Origin: Octopus vulgaris
Lineage: Eukaryota
Direction of reading: 5' to 3'
NCBI GenBank assembly: GCA_951406725.2
Contig: OX597819.1
Location: forward strand, 114,638,001 to 114,702,000
DNA: 64,000 bases
In this document: piece after piece, positions 11,635-23,934 of the stretch
How positions within the stretch are numbered: the stretch's first letter is position 1
How the letters are laid out: each line of letters begins with the position of its first letter
Made by a program: the position numbers and the translations under genes
Notes under the pieces: generated by a model
What the model saw: only the letters and a program-made list of their open reading frames with translations
The model's database searches: none
Told to the model about the DNA's origin: nothing

Positions 11635-12567
11635 ATGAATGCTACTCATTTGTCTTATTCTGTTTTGTTTACAAGATTAGTTGTTTTTAGTATGATACCT
11701 TTCTTCCTAATTGTGGGACTCATAGGTAACATATTTGTGATATATATTTATGCACGACAGTCCCAGAAAAGCTATGTAGAAACATTCATCCTTGTATTAG
11801 CTGTCATTGATCTCATTGGATGTATCTTTGGAATGCCTCTGGAAATGGCTGAACTTTACCCAGCGATTCAATCAAAATATTTGTGTAAATTATACAAGTT
11901 TGTTGTCTTCATGTGTTCTACCATGTCATCCCTCATTCTTCTTATAATTGCCATTGAAAGATTCAGAAGGATATGTCATCCATCTAGCAAACAAATTACT
12001 TCAAAGATGTGCATTACTCTTATTATTTTCCTAATCGTAGCACATCTGTTGTATTGGTACTGCCACCTGTTTTCTACACTGAGGGTGTTCCCTTTTCTCT
12101 TGAAAGCAAGGTGTATATGATATGTGGCAGTGACTTCAGAAGACCATTCCTCTTGTTATATGCTCTCATGGCATTAATTATACACAGTATTGTTGTCCTC
12201 AACATGACTGTACTTTATTCATTTGTTCGGAACACGATTTATAAGCATTTCAAGAAAGAAAAAAATAATGAAGAAACTTCGGAACATGAACGAATCAGTC
12301 GCACAAACATTGTGCTTATCTCGATTTCTGTTTTGTATTTTGTCGGTTTTTCACCAACTCTAATATTTTCTGTGGTCATATATCCATATTGTGTAAGATT
12401 CTATCCTGTTACAGATATTTGAAAGTAATTGTATATCGTACTTGGATACTAAATTCATCCTTAAATCCCATGGTGTATGGATTTTGCAACAAAATGTTTT
12501 CCAGAAAAGTTTTGTAAATATATTTACTAGGGACAAAACTGGCTTTGAAATGGAAGAGAAATTTTAG
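11635..12567 (+). pseudogene. GPCR copy 2, frameshifted (pseudogene or consensus artefact)
   Basis: Full-length homology from ATG to FEMEEKF-stop, but 933 nt rather than 924 nt. Insertions of +2 (about 12041), +3 (about 12361-12374), +1 (about 12396), +1 (about 12421) and +2 (about 12500). Confidence 0.85.
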
Positions 12568-13904
12568 GACTTGGTTTATATGACATTTTCAACAGGGAGG
12601 AATACTTTCAAGTGGTAGAAACATTTTCTTTGCTGACCATAACCAACATTTGTGTGTGTGTGTGTTATATTGAAAATAACTCAAAGTTTGAGGTATTTTT
12701 AATGAAATAACTAATTTTTCCATTATTTTTCTGATGTTAGGAGAATTACATTTTCTTTCATAAAATGGAAATTTAAATATGAACATTTTAAGATATGCTG
12801 TTTGTATCCTTGACCGAGAGTCAGTCTGAGGTAGGTTATTGTCAGAAAGGTCTATTCGAACAACTAATCAATTTCTCTATTACATACTTACTCTGGATTC
12901 CGTTGTTTTAAACTTTCTATAGGAACATATCTGTTTACGTAAGTTCTACTTTAAACAAAATTATTTCAATCCTATACTTTCTGAATTACATGTTGAATTT
13001 GTATTTACAAAAATACTGAGAAGACAGACAAAATTCTTGGCGTTGTTGTCATTCTCATCATCATCATCATCATCATCATCATTACTCTTACATCCACTTT
13101 CCCATTTTTCGGCTTGTTGGTCAAGTCTTCTCCTGCACAGTACTATGCTATTCCTGTCTTTGTATCATCTTTCTAAGTCTCAGAACATTTAGACTGGCCA
13201 GTCTATAATATCTGCACTAGTATGGACATGTTACATATGCACATTATATGTCCCTAACAATGCATTCACTTCTTTTGTACAATACATTTATCAGATAAAG
13301 TGTTTAAAAATAATATACTGTGTTTTAGCAACTCTGAAACAATTTCAAAAATAATGACAACTTAAATTTCTCTTTCAATGTAAATGTTTGATATTCTTTG
13401 GTAAGCAGAAAATCTTCAATATTGTGTTATACATACATCATTAGCAATTTTCATGTTTTTAAGAAATAAACCCTTCTAGAGTTACGATTAATGTTCTTCT
13501 CATTGTCTCACCTTTCAATAATTTCTCATATGTTTTTGGTACATACAATGTATTGAAGTTTGTGTGTGTGTGTGTGTGTTAATTGTTTGATATAGTCAGT
13601 TTATGGAATGCATCTCATTGTCGAGCCTAGTAATTTTACCTTTTGGAGATTGTAGTTAATGAGTGTTTTGAATTTTACATATTTTACACATTTTTTTTTA
13701 CTCTGTTTTTGTTGTTTTAAAATCTTCAGAAAATGTTTTTAAGCACATTACTCATTCACATCCAAAATGATTGCCAAACATACTTATGCTATGAGATTGA
13801 ACACTGCAGTAGCAACAAATAATAATAATAAATACCCTGATGCAATACCAGAGGCAGGCTTGCATGGCTTCTGATCTTAACTGATTGGAAGTGTTATCAT
13901 GGGC

Positions 13905-15218
13905 ATGCTTATTAATTAGGTATGTAACAATTACTAAAAGTACTAAAGGTAAGCAATATTAAAAGCTAGGCTGTCAGGAAATATTTTTATAAATTCATGC
14001 TCTAAGAAATTTCATATAATTTCGATTTCTGAAGTTTATTGAATTTTTTAACATCAAATTCTTGCAAATTGTGACAACTGTTCTGCTCAATACCACAGAT
14101 TTGCTTGTCAGTTGTTTGACCGTAACCAGTTGAGCATGTTCCTTAGTGGCTGGTGAGTTATGCAGCTCTGATCAGGAGCAGAAGTAGTTGAGGAGGATCA
14201 TTGCTATTTGTTGAGAGAAATTCTTTGGGGTTTGAATAATTCACCTCTGGAGAAAGAAGAAAAGAAATTTCAATGTTCAAAAGGAGAAAATGGATATTTA
14301 ACAGTTTAGTTAGCAATTAATGTAAAAAAATCATCCCAAACACTCAGATTGATAGTTTCGAAGATAGCAATACTAAACAAGGGACTTGATTAGTGTCTTA
14401 ACATCATTTATAATCCAAACTTGTCTTTCTGGAGATGATATTTGTTCTGTTTTAGTTGGTCATGTGTAATGGAAACAGAATCATGTCTACATCTCTGTGC
14501 ATATTCTGACATGTGTTCCAGTCATTTTGCCGTGGTTTCATCTGATTCAGTTGCCCATCATTCTCTCTGCCGTTGTGTCTTTGCTGTCCAATTTTCTTTT
14601 TTACTTGCACAATATATGTGAAAGCTTGTTAAAAACTATCTTGCTTAGTATGCTAGGAATAGCAGTGATCACATAGTTATTATTGTAAGCCTTATAGCGT
14701 TCCAAGCAGTCATACCAACTAAATCACTTCTTTAAAAAAAAAAATTATATATATATATATATATACTAGTATATTAAGGAATTTTCATTTTATCAAAAAT
14801 ATTTATTTAACAAACTCTGGAAACTGATAATATTCTTGAAATTGTGCCTTGTATCAAAGATATATGGCTATTATTAAATTATCATTAATTAAAATAGAGG
14901 TGAGCAAGAATGAGAGACTGTTGCAAATAAAAATATAAAATGTTGCCTACAACGAATTAGTATGGTTTATTATTAAACATTAAATTCTACTCAGCAGTGA
15001 AAGCAATAAATATATTCAAATTTATGAAGAATTGGACACAGCGAATGCAATGAATATTTAAATTTGCAAGAATTTGAAGTTAAAAAAATTCAATAAACTT
15101 CAGAAATCGAAATTATATGAAATTTGTTAGAGCATGAATTTATAAAAATATTTCCTGACAGCCTAGCTTTTAATAGTGCTTACTTTTAGTAATTGTTACA
15201 TACCTAATTAATAAGCAT
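13905..15218. repeat. About 165-bp inverted repeat (13905-14070 / 15061-15218). Also 22338-22495 / 23475-23632, and left arm only at about 30765-30931
   Basis: atgcttattaattaggtatg...cttgcaaatt is the reverse complement of aatttgcaag...cctaattaataagcat. Confidence 0.9.
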
Positions 15219-15519
15219 CTTTCTCCATTATAGTCATTATCATTATTATTATTACTTTTAATAAGTCAGTGAGCTAGCAGACTCCTTTGCATGCTGGGCA
15301 GAATCCTTAGTGGCATTTCATCTGTCTATATGTTCTGTGTTCAAATTCCACCAAGGTTGACTTTACCTTTTGTCCTTTCAGGGTTGATAAAATAAGTACC
15401 AGTTGAGTAAGAGTGGGGGTCAATGTAATTGACTTACTCTCTGCCCCAAAGTTGCTGCCCTTGTGCCAAAATTTGAAATTATCATCATCATCATCATTAT
15501 TGTTATTATTATTATTTAT

Positions 15520-16659
15520 TGTCTTTGCACAGCTTCTAACGCTGGAGATGTATTACGGTGTCAACTGTTCACTACCAGTGAACTAAGGTAACACCCCTTA
15601 TTTTTCGAACACTATCCGGAGTATTCGAGCAGTTCCAAGCAGTGCTTTTTTTCTGCAAGTGCTCCACCCTTGTTGCAGCCCCTATTTGTTCCACGTACTT
15701 CTCAAGATTTTACTCACTACTCCCAGGTCTCCAACAATTATTGGTACCACTACCACTTTTTCAGTGACCACAACTGCTTAATCTCCCAAGCTAACCTGTT
15801 ATATCTATCGACTTTTCTCTCTTCCTTATCGTATACCTTGTTGTCAGCTGGGTATGCTATATCTATGATCCAGCATTGTTTGCTTTCTTTCTCAATTAAC
15901 ACTATGTCTGGTTTCCTATTCTCTATCTCATGGCCGCACTGAATCATAAAATCCTATAGGATCTTTTGCATTATCATTTTCGCTTATGCCTTTGGGTTTA
16001 TATTTGTACCACTTTTTCGCTCTGTCAAGTCCATACTTGTTGCAAAGTGTCCAATGGACAATCCTTGACGTCACTTATATTCTTTCTGGGCTAGTGGTAT
16101 ACATTGACTGGTGATATGCCATACGGTTTCGCCATTTTGTGCAAAAATTCTGCACTTATCACTTTCTGATGTGTTGTCTATTCTGTATTTGATGTAACTG
16201 GTTCTTAATGCTTGTTCTTGGGTAGCACAGGTTAGATCCTCTGTTTCTGGTTTTAAATCACTTTTAGTCATCCATAGCCATCTTTTTCTCTGTCTGTCTT
16301 ATCATCAACATCCCTATGAAACTATCCATGCATTCTTTTCTTTATTCGCCTATTTTCAGTTTCATTCATTCTCAAATGCTTGTACAGTGCTTTATCTTTG
16401 CAATCTGCCATCCTACACAAGCCTGACCTTCTTACTTCCAGTAATAGCGCTTCTGTGGCATTTTTTACATACCATGCTATGTTGTTTTCTTCTGCTCTAA
16501 TGCTGTGTTCGGATCCAATCAGTCCTATTCCCCTTCTTTGTCTTGGAACATATAGTCTGTTTATGTCAATTTTGGGTGGAGTTTCCTATATCTAATCAGC
16601 AACTTCTTTGTCTTTCTGTTTAAACTGTTTATTTCATCTACTGTCCATGCAATTACCCC
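15520..16659 (-). mobile_element. Dong/R4-clade LINE 3' part (CCHC zinc finger plus RLE endonuclease)
   Basis: ETEDLTCATQEQALRT..DKCRI..ETVWHITSQC..KEYK, and NRKPDIVLIEK..WIIDIAYP..KVDRYNRLAWEIKQLW. Ends in a (TTA)n tract. Confidence 0.85.
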
Positions 16660-18466
16660 TGCCTTTCATCCTTTCAGGGTCGATAAATTAAGTACCAGTT
16701 ACGCACTGGGGTCAATGTAGTCGACCTAATCTGTTTGTCTGTCCTAGTTTGTCCCCTTTATGTTTAACCCCTGGTGGGCAATAAAGAGATAAGAAATTGG
16801 GCAAACAGAAGTTTTTGTCCTGTCCCAGTTACAAGCAAAAATTGTAGTTGGGAGAATTTTGTCAAACAGAACAGCATTTTTTTAACTTGAGGAACAAATC
16901 CAGAAGAGGGAAAAACATGGATAATTATTTATCTCTTTTTATGGAATATGGAAAGTGGACTAAATTTGTTTACATCAAATAGTACAAGCTATCCCAAAAC
17001 ATTAGAAAAAATCCTCTCAAATGAAAATGGCGTACCTATTTAAGAAATAAATACTTATTTAAGAAATAAACCCTTCTAGGGTGTGTGTTAATAAATTTAA
17101 TATATTCAATTTATGGCACAAATCCTGTTTGTGAAGGTGCTGAGCCTAGTAATTTTATGCTTTGGAGATTGTAGTTATGGATATTTTCAATTTCTTATAT
17201 ATGTTTTGTTGTTTTTTGTTGTTTAGCTCCACATAACACCTAGTTGAGAAGACCTGTTTTTTCCAGCTCTTTAGGTTCTGGCTGCAAGCCCTGCCTACGT
17301 TAGATAAAATAAAGGGCCATTCAATTACTGGAGTCAGTGGCATCTGTTACCACCTCCATTCAAAATTGCTGGCCTTGTACCTAAATTCAAAATTATTATT
17401 GTTGTTGTTATTGTCATTATTCTGTCATTTGACTTGCATAGTATCAGAATGTTATTCTCTTCTCCTTTTGAGTCATGATAGGGATAGATGAGAGCTGTAG
17501 AAGCCATGTTCAGGGATGCTGTCAGTAAAGTGAGGGTCGGCTACAAGTATTGCATATGAATTCAGTGTACAAGTAGGGCTTCACTAAGGATCAGTCCTTA
17601 ACACTCTTTTGTTCACTCCTCTGTGCTGTTGACCTTGTTTTTATAGCTGATTGACTACCAGAACTAGAGAAAAAATTTCAGGTGTGGAAGCAAGGTCTAG
17701 AATTTGAGCTAATTTAGCAAAAACCAAAGTCTTAGTACATAGGAAAGCAGACAAGTCACAGATGCCTTCAGGGAGATGGTCATGCTGAATTTGTAGAAAA
17801 GGTGTAAGTAGAAACTCCAGAAAATGTACTCAGTGCAAGCTATGGACGCATAAGAAGTGCAGCAATATCTGAGGAAGGTTAACAGGGAAAATGGTCTTTG
17901 TGTGTGGCAGATGCACTGGTAAAATAAACACTAGAAATATAAAGAAAATAGACTCCATCAAATGCCAGGGGTGATACCTAGAAGTAGTTGATAGCTTACA
18001 TTAGCTTTGTAAATGAACAATCTAGTGTGTATATTTTAATGGCCTACTAATGTACACAGTGCATTTCTCTACCCTATGTGTCAGGAAGACACTCAGCAAA
18101 AAATGGAGACGGAATTGAAAGAAGATTATAATGAAGAAAATGATAATAATATTGATAATAAGACGAAAAATAGATATATACCATCCTCTTAAGTATGAAA
18201 TAGCCCGGTTTTGGAAAATTAAGAAGGTGAAGATAGTGCCAATTATTGTTGGGTTCTTGGAGACAGTATCAGAAGGCATCAAGAGGGATATAAAGATAAA
18301 ATGGAATAGAGGGTTCAGTAGCACTGTTACAAAAGGTTTGCCTCCTTGGCACGGCCAGAATAATCAGGAAAGTATTAGATAGTTGAAGAAAACAGATAGT
18401 ATGGTATTGTAGGTTGCAGGAAGCAAGCCTGCTATGCTTGCAAGTCTGCAGGAGTTCAAACAAAAC

Positions 18467-18700
18467 AAAGGCGGCGAGCTGGCAGAAACGTTAGCATGCG
18501 GGGTGAAGTGCTCAGCGGTATTTTGTCTGCCACTACGTTCTGAGTTCAAATTCTGCCATGGTCGACTTTGCCCTTCATTCTTTCGGGGTCGATAAATTAA
18601 GTACCAGTTACGTACTGGGGTCGATGTAATCGACTTAATCGCTTTGTCTGTCCTTGTTTGTTTCCTTTATGTTTAGCCCCTTGTGGGCAATAAAGAAATA
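18467..18700 (+). mobile_element. tRNA-derived SINE with 17-bp TSD (copy at 26879-27112, truncated copy at 9798-9884)
   Basis: Head ggcggcgagctggcagaa..gagttcaaattc (A/B-box like), core cctttcggggtcgataaa. TSD aggagttcaaacaaaac at 18450-18466 and 18701-18717. Confidence 0.88.
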
Positions 18701-20092
18701 AGGAGTTCAAACAAAACCTGATTTAAAAAGAATAATGATAATAAGGATGATGAGTATTTCCAACATAAGCACAAAGGGTTATATTTTGTGGGCAGCATAT
18801 AACAGAGATTCTGTTGACCATATTTACCTGATTGATACCATTAATAAACATAGGAAGATGAAATGCAGGATTCATCCTAGCAAGATTTAAATTCAGTATG
18901 TTATAGGACATAACTAAATACTGCATACAATTTTGTTTGTCTCACAACCAGTTTGAGTGGCAATGATAATAATGATACTAATTGGTATTCCTAATTTAGG
19001 CACAACAATAGCAGTTTTGATGGGACCTGGTTAGTCAAAGCTAATGCCAGTAGTATAGGTGAGGAATTATGAGAGCAGGTGATCAGTCAACACCACTGAT
19101 TCCAAGACTTCACTGGCATTTATTTAATCCTCCTCTAAAAGGCTAAAATTCCAACTTGAAATTTGCTGTGTAGGAACTCAGGCAGTAAAGTGCTGAATCA
19201 AATGCCGCAAATCTTTTCTCCAACGTTCTAAAGATTATGGCAGTTCATTGCCTTTAACCCTTTAATCTTTCAACTGGTCGACACCAGCCAAAATATTTTG
19301 TTTGCTTTATCTTCAAACTGGCCAGATCTTGCCTTGTCATACTTACCCTACTATATTATTCTAAAAGCAATCACATAATTGAAGTCTCAAAGCTACAAGC
19401 ATGACTAATTCAAAAGAATGTGAATAAATAAGCATTATATTTCATAGAGAAATCTGATTTAGTCATGAAGCCTGTAGTTTTAAGAAGAGGGTGTAAGTCA
19501 ATATCATTGGCTCCAGTACTTGACTGGTACCTTATTCTCTCAATCATAAAGATTTAAAAGGCAAAGTTGACCTCAGCAAGATTTGGGCTTAGAATGTAAA
19601 AAGTGTGAGGAAATATCTTGACATTTTTTGTCCAGTACTATTTGTGCTTCTGGTATTCATCATTAAACAATGTAATTTTGTAAAATGTTGTTGCCATTTA
19701 GGTTTCTTAATTTTGTACATATTTGAATTGTGATAATCTACTTTAAACCTAATTAGTGAAATAAAACAGGATGTATATTAATTAACAATTCATTAGAGAA
19801 GATATTACAAAACTCTCTCTGATAATGCTACTTCACATTGTATTTGTGTAAGAACTCAACTGCAACAACAGAACAAAAAAGAATATCATCTCCAGTATAC
19901 AAGTTTGGATTACAAATGATGTTAATGCACTAATCAAGTTGCTTACCTACAAGTACATATCTGAAACTAATGTAACATTAGTGTTTTATACAGATTTATA
20001 CACATATATGAACATATGCACGTATATACATTTCAATAATCAACATATATACGTTATACTTCCTTTACTGGAAACTACACACTTGTTTCAAC

Positions 20093-21016
20093 ATGAATGC
20101 ACCCCATTTGTCTGATCCTGTTTTGTTTACAAGATTAATTGTTTTTAGTCTCATACCTTTCTTCCTAATTGTGGGACTCATAGGTAACATATTTGTGGTA
20201 TATATTTATGCACGACAGTCCCAGAAAAGCAATGTAGAAACATTCATCCTTGTACTGGCTGTTACTGATCTCATTGGATGTATCCTTGGAATGCCTCTGG
20301 AAATGGCTGAACTTTACCCAGCAATTCAATCAAATTATTTGTGTAAATTATACAGGTTTATTGTCCTCACCTGTTCTATCATGTCATCCCTCATTCTTCT
20401 CACAGTTGCCGTCGAAAGGTTCAGAAAAATATGTTGTCCACATGGAAAACAAATTACTCCAAAACTACGCAATATCCTTGTGATTTTCATAACTGTAACA
20501 TCTGTTGTATTGGTACTGCCACCTGTTTTCTACACTGAGGGTGTTCCCTTTTCTCTTGAAAGCAAGGTGTATATGATATGTGGCTGTGATTTTAGAAGGT
20601 TATTTCTCTGGATATATGCTTTCATGGCATTAATTGTTCATAGTATTCTTCTCTACTGCATGACTGTACTTTATTTAATTGTTTTGAAGACTATCAATCA
20701 GCAATTCAAGAAAAAGCAAAGTAAAAAAGCAACTTTTGAGCAGGAACAAATCAACCACACAAGCATTGTATTTTTCTCAATTTCTGTTTTATATTTTGTG
20801 AGTTTTACACCAACTCTTATTTTCTTGGTCATATATCCATATTGTGTAAATTCTATCCTGTTACAGATATTTAAAGTAATTGTATATCGTACTTGGATAC
20901 TAAATTCATCCTTAAATCCTATGGTGTATGGATTTTGCAACAAAATGTTTTGGAAAAGTTTTGTAAATATATTTACGAGGAGTAAAAGTAACTTTGAAAT
21001 GGAGGAGAAATTTTAG
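20093..21016 (+). CDS. Intronless class A orphan GPCR, copy 3, 307 aa
   Basis: Intact ORF with GN, LAVTD, ERF, SFTP and NPMVY motifs. N-terminus is MNAP, so the sequon is lost. Confidence 0.95.
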   Translation: MNAPHLSDPVLFTRLIVFSLIPFFLIVGLIGNIFVVYIYARQSQKSNVETFILVLAVTDLIGCILGMPLEMAELYPAIQSNYLCKLYRFIVLTCSIMSSLILLTVAVERFRKICCPHGKQITPKLRNILVIFITVTSVVLVLPPVFYTEGVPFSLESKVYMICGCDFRRLFLWIYAFMALIVHSILLYCMTVLYLIVLKTINQQFKKKQSKKATFEQEQINHTSIVFFSISVLYFVSFTPTLIFLVIYPYCVNSILLQIFKVIVYRTWILNSSLNPMVYGFCNKMFWKSFVNIFTRSKSNFEMEEKF

Positions 21017-23934
21017 GACTTGGTTTATACCACATTTTCAACAGGGAGGAATACTTTCAAGTGGTAGAAACATTTTCTTTGCTGACCATAACCAACATTT
21101 GTGTGTGTGTGTGTTATATTGAAAATAACTCAAAGTTTGAGGTATTTTTAATGAAATAACTAATTTTTCCATTATTTTTCTGATGTTAGGAGAATTACAT
21201 TTTCTTTCATAAAATTGAAATTTAAATATGAACATTTTAAGATATGCTGTTTGTATCCTTGACCGAGAGTCAGTCTAAGGTAGGTTATTGTCAGAAAGGT
21301 CTATTCGAACAACTAATCAATTTCTCTATTACATACTTACTCTGGATTCCGTTGTTTTAAACTTTCTATAGGAACATATCTGTTTACGTAAGTTCTACTT
21401 TAAACAAAATTATTTCAATCCTATACTTTCTGACTTACGTGTTGAATTTGTATTTACAAAAATACTGAGAAGACAGACAAAATTCTTGGCGTTGTTGTCA
21501 TTGTCATCATCATCATCACTCTTACATCCACTTTCCCATTTTTCAGCTTGTTGGTCAAGTCTTCTCCTGCACAGTACTATGCTATTCCTGTCTTTGTATC
21601 ATCTTTCTAAGTCTCAGAACTTTTAGACTGGCCAGTCTATGATATCTGCACTAGTATGGACATGTTACATATGCACATTATATGTCCCTAACAATGCATT
21701 CACTTCTTTTGTACAATACATTTATCAGATAAAGTGTTTAAAAATAATATACTGTGTTTTAGCAACTCTGAAACAATTTCAAAAATAATGACAATTTAAA
21801 TTTCTCTTTCAATGTAAATGTTTGATATTCTTTGGTAAGCAGAAAATCTTCAATATTGTGTTATACATACATCATTAGCAATTTTCATGTTTTTAAGAAA
21901 TAAACCCTTCTAGAGTTACGATTAATGTTCTTCTCATTGTCTCACCTTTCAATAATTTCTCATATGTTTTTGGTACATACAATGTATTGAAGTTTTGTTT
22001 GTGTGTGTGTGTTAATTGTTTGATATAGTCAGTTTATGGAATGCATCTCATTGTCGAGCCTAGTAATTTTACCTTTTGGAGATTGTAGTTAATGAGTGTG
22101 TTGAATTTTACATATTTTACACATTTTTTTTTACTCTGTTTTTGTTGTTTTAAAATCTTCAGAAAATGTTTTTAAGCACATTACTCATTCACATCCAAAA
22201 TGATTGCCAAACATACTTATGCTATGAGATTGAACACTGCAGTAGCAACAAATAATAATAATAAATACCCTGATGCAATACCAGAGGCAGGCTTGCATGG
22301 CTTCTGATCTTAACTGATTGGAAGTGTTATCATGGGCATGCTTATTAATTAGGTATGTAACAATTACTAAAAGTAAGCAATATTAAAAGCTAGGCTGTCA
22401 GGAAATATTTTTATAAATTCATGCTCTAAGAAATTTCATATAATTTCGTTTTCTGAAGTTTATTGAATTTTTTTAACATCAAATTCTTGCAAATTGTGAC
22501 AACTATTCTGCTCAATACCACAGATTTGCTTGTTAGTTGTTTGACCGTAACCAGTTGAGCATGTTCCTTAGTGGCTGGTGAGTTGTGCAGCTCTGATCAG
22601 GAGCAGAAGTAGTTGAGGAGGATCATTGCTATTTGTTGAGAGAAATTCTTTGGGGTTTGAATAATTCACCTCTGGAGAAAGAAGAAAAGAAATTTCAGTG
22701 TTCAAAAGGAGAAAATGGATATTTAACAGTTTAGTAAGCAATTAATGTAAAAAAATCATCCCAAACACTCAGATTGATAGTTTCGAAGATAGCAATATTA
22801 AACAAGGGACTTGATTAGTGCCTTAACATCATTTATAATCCAAACTTGTCTTTCTGGAGATGATATTTGTTCTGTTTTATTTGGTCATGTGTAATGGAAA
22901 CAGAATCATGTCTACATCTCTGTGCATATTCTGACATGTATTCCAGTCGTTTTGCTGTGGTTTCATCTGATTCAGTTGTCCATCATTCTCTCTGCCGTTG
23001 TGTCTTTGCTGTCCAATTTTCTTTTTTACTCGCACAATATATGTGAAAGCTTGTTAAAAACTATCTTGCTTAGTATGCTAGGAATAGCAGTGATCACATA
23101 GTTATTATTGTAAGCCTTATAGCGTTCCAAGCAGCCATACCAACTAAATCACTTCTTAAAAAAAAAATATATATATATACCAGTATATTAAGGAATTTTC
23201 ATTTTATCAAAAATATTTATTTAACAAACTCTGGAAACTGATAATATTCTTGAAATTGTGCTTTGTATCAAAGATATATGGCTATTATTAAATTATCATT
23301 AATTAAAATAGAGGTGAGCAAGAATGAGAGACTGTTGCAAATAAAAATATAAAATGTTGCCTACAACGAATTAGTATGGTTTATTATTAAATATTAAATT
23401 CTACTCAGCAGTGAAAGCAATAAATATATTCAAATTTATGAAGAATTGGACACAGCGAATGCAATGAATATTTAAATTTGCAAGAATTTGAAGTTAAAAA
23501 AATTCAATAAACTCCAGAAATCGAAATTATATGAAATTTGTTAGAGCATGAATTTATAAAAATATTTCCTGACAGCCTAGCTTTTAATAGTGCTTACTTT
23601 TAGTAATTGTTACATACTTAATTAATAAGCATCTTTCTCCATTATAGTCATTATCATTATTATTATTACTTTTAATAAGTCAGTGAGCTAGCAGACTCCT
23701 AAGCATGCTGGGCAGAATCCTTAGTGGCATTTCATCTGTCTATATGTTCTGTGTTCAAATTCCACCAAGGTTGACTTTACCTTTTGTCCTTTCAGGGTTG
23801 ATAAAATAAGTACCAGTTGAGTAAGAGTGGGGGTCAATGTAATTGACTTACTCTCTGCCCCAAAGTTGCTGCTCTTGTGCCAAAATTTGAAATTATCATC
23901 ATCATCATCATTATTGTTATTATTATTATTTATT

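Larger units (their letters stand above)
7751..16659 (+). repeat. 8.4 kb tandem segmental duplication, unit A
   Basis: Colinear and near-identical to 16660-25071 and 25072-31629. Carries a private solo LTR, a templated insertion and a deletion of about 320 bp at 9884. Confidence 0.92.

Noticed and set aside
13905-15218. 1.3 kb DNA transposon bounded by 165-bp TIRs
   Set aside because: No TSD, and the left arm splits an older repeat that continues inside the supposed element. A templated inversion fits better.
18467-18555. tRNA-like A/B boxes
   Set aside because: These are SINE heads with a core, tail and TSD. No complete cloverleaf is visible.
20250-20943. Recurrent alternative-frame and antisense ORFs (MYWLL.., MLQNPY..) over the GPCR genes
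   Set aside because: Shadows of the conserved GPCR codons. Their lengths vary between copies and they carry no independent motifs.
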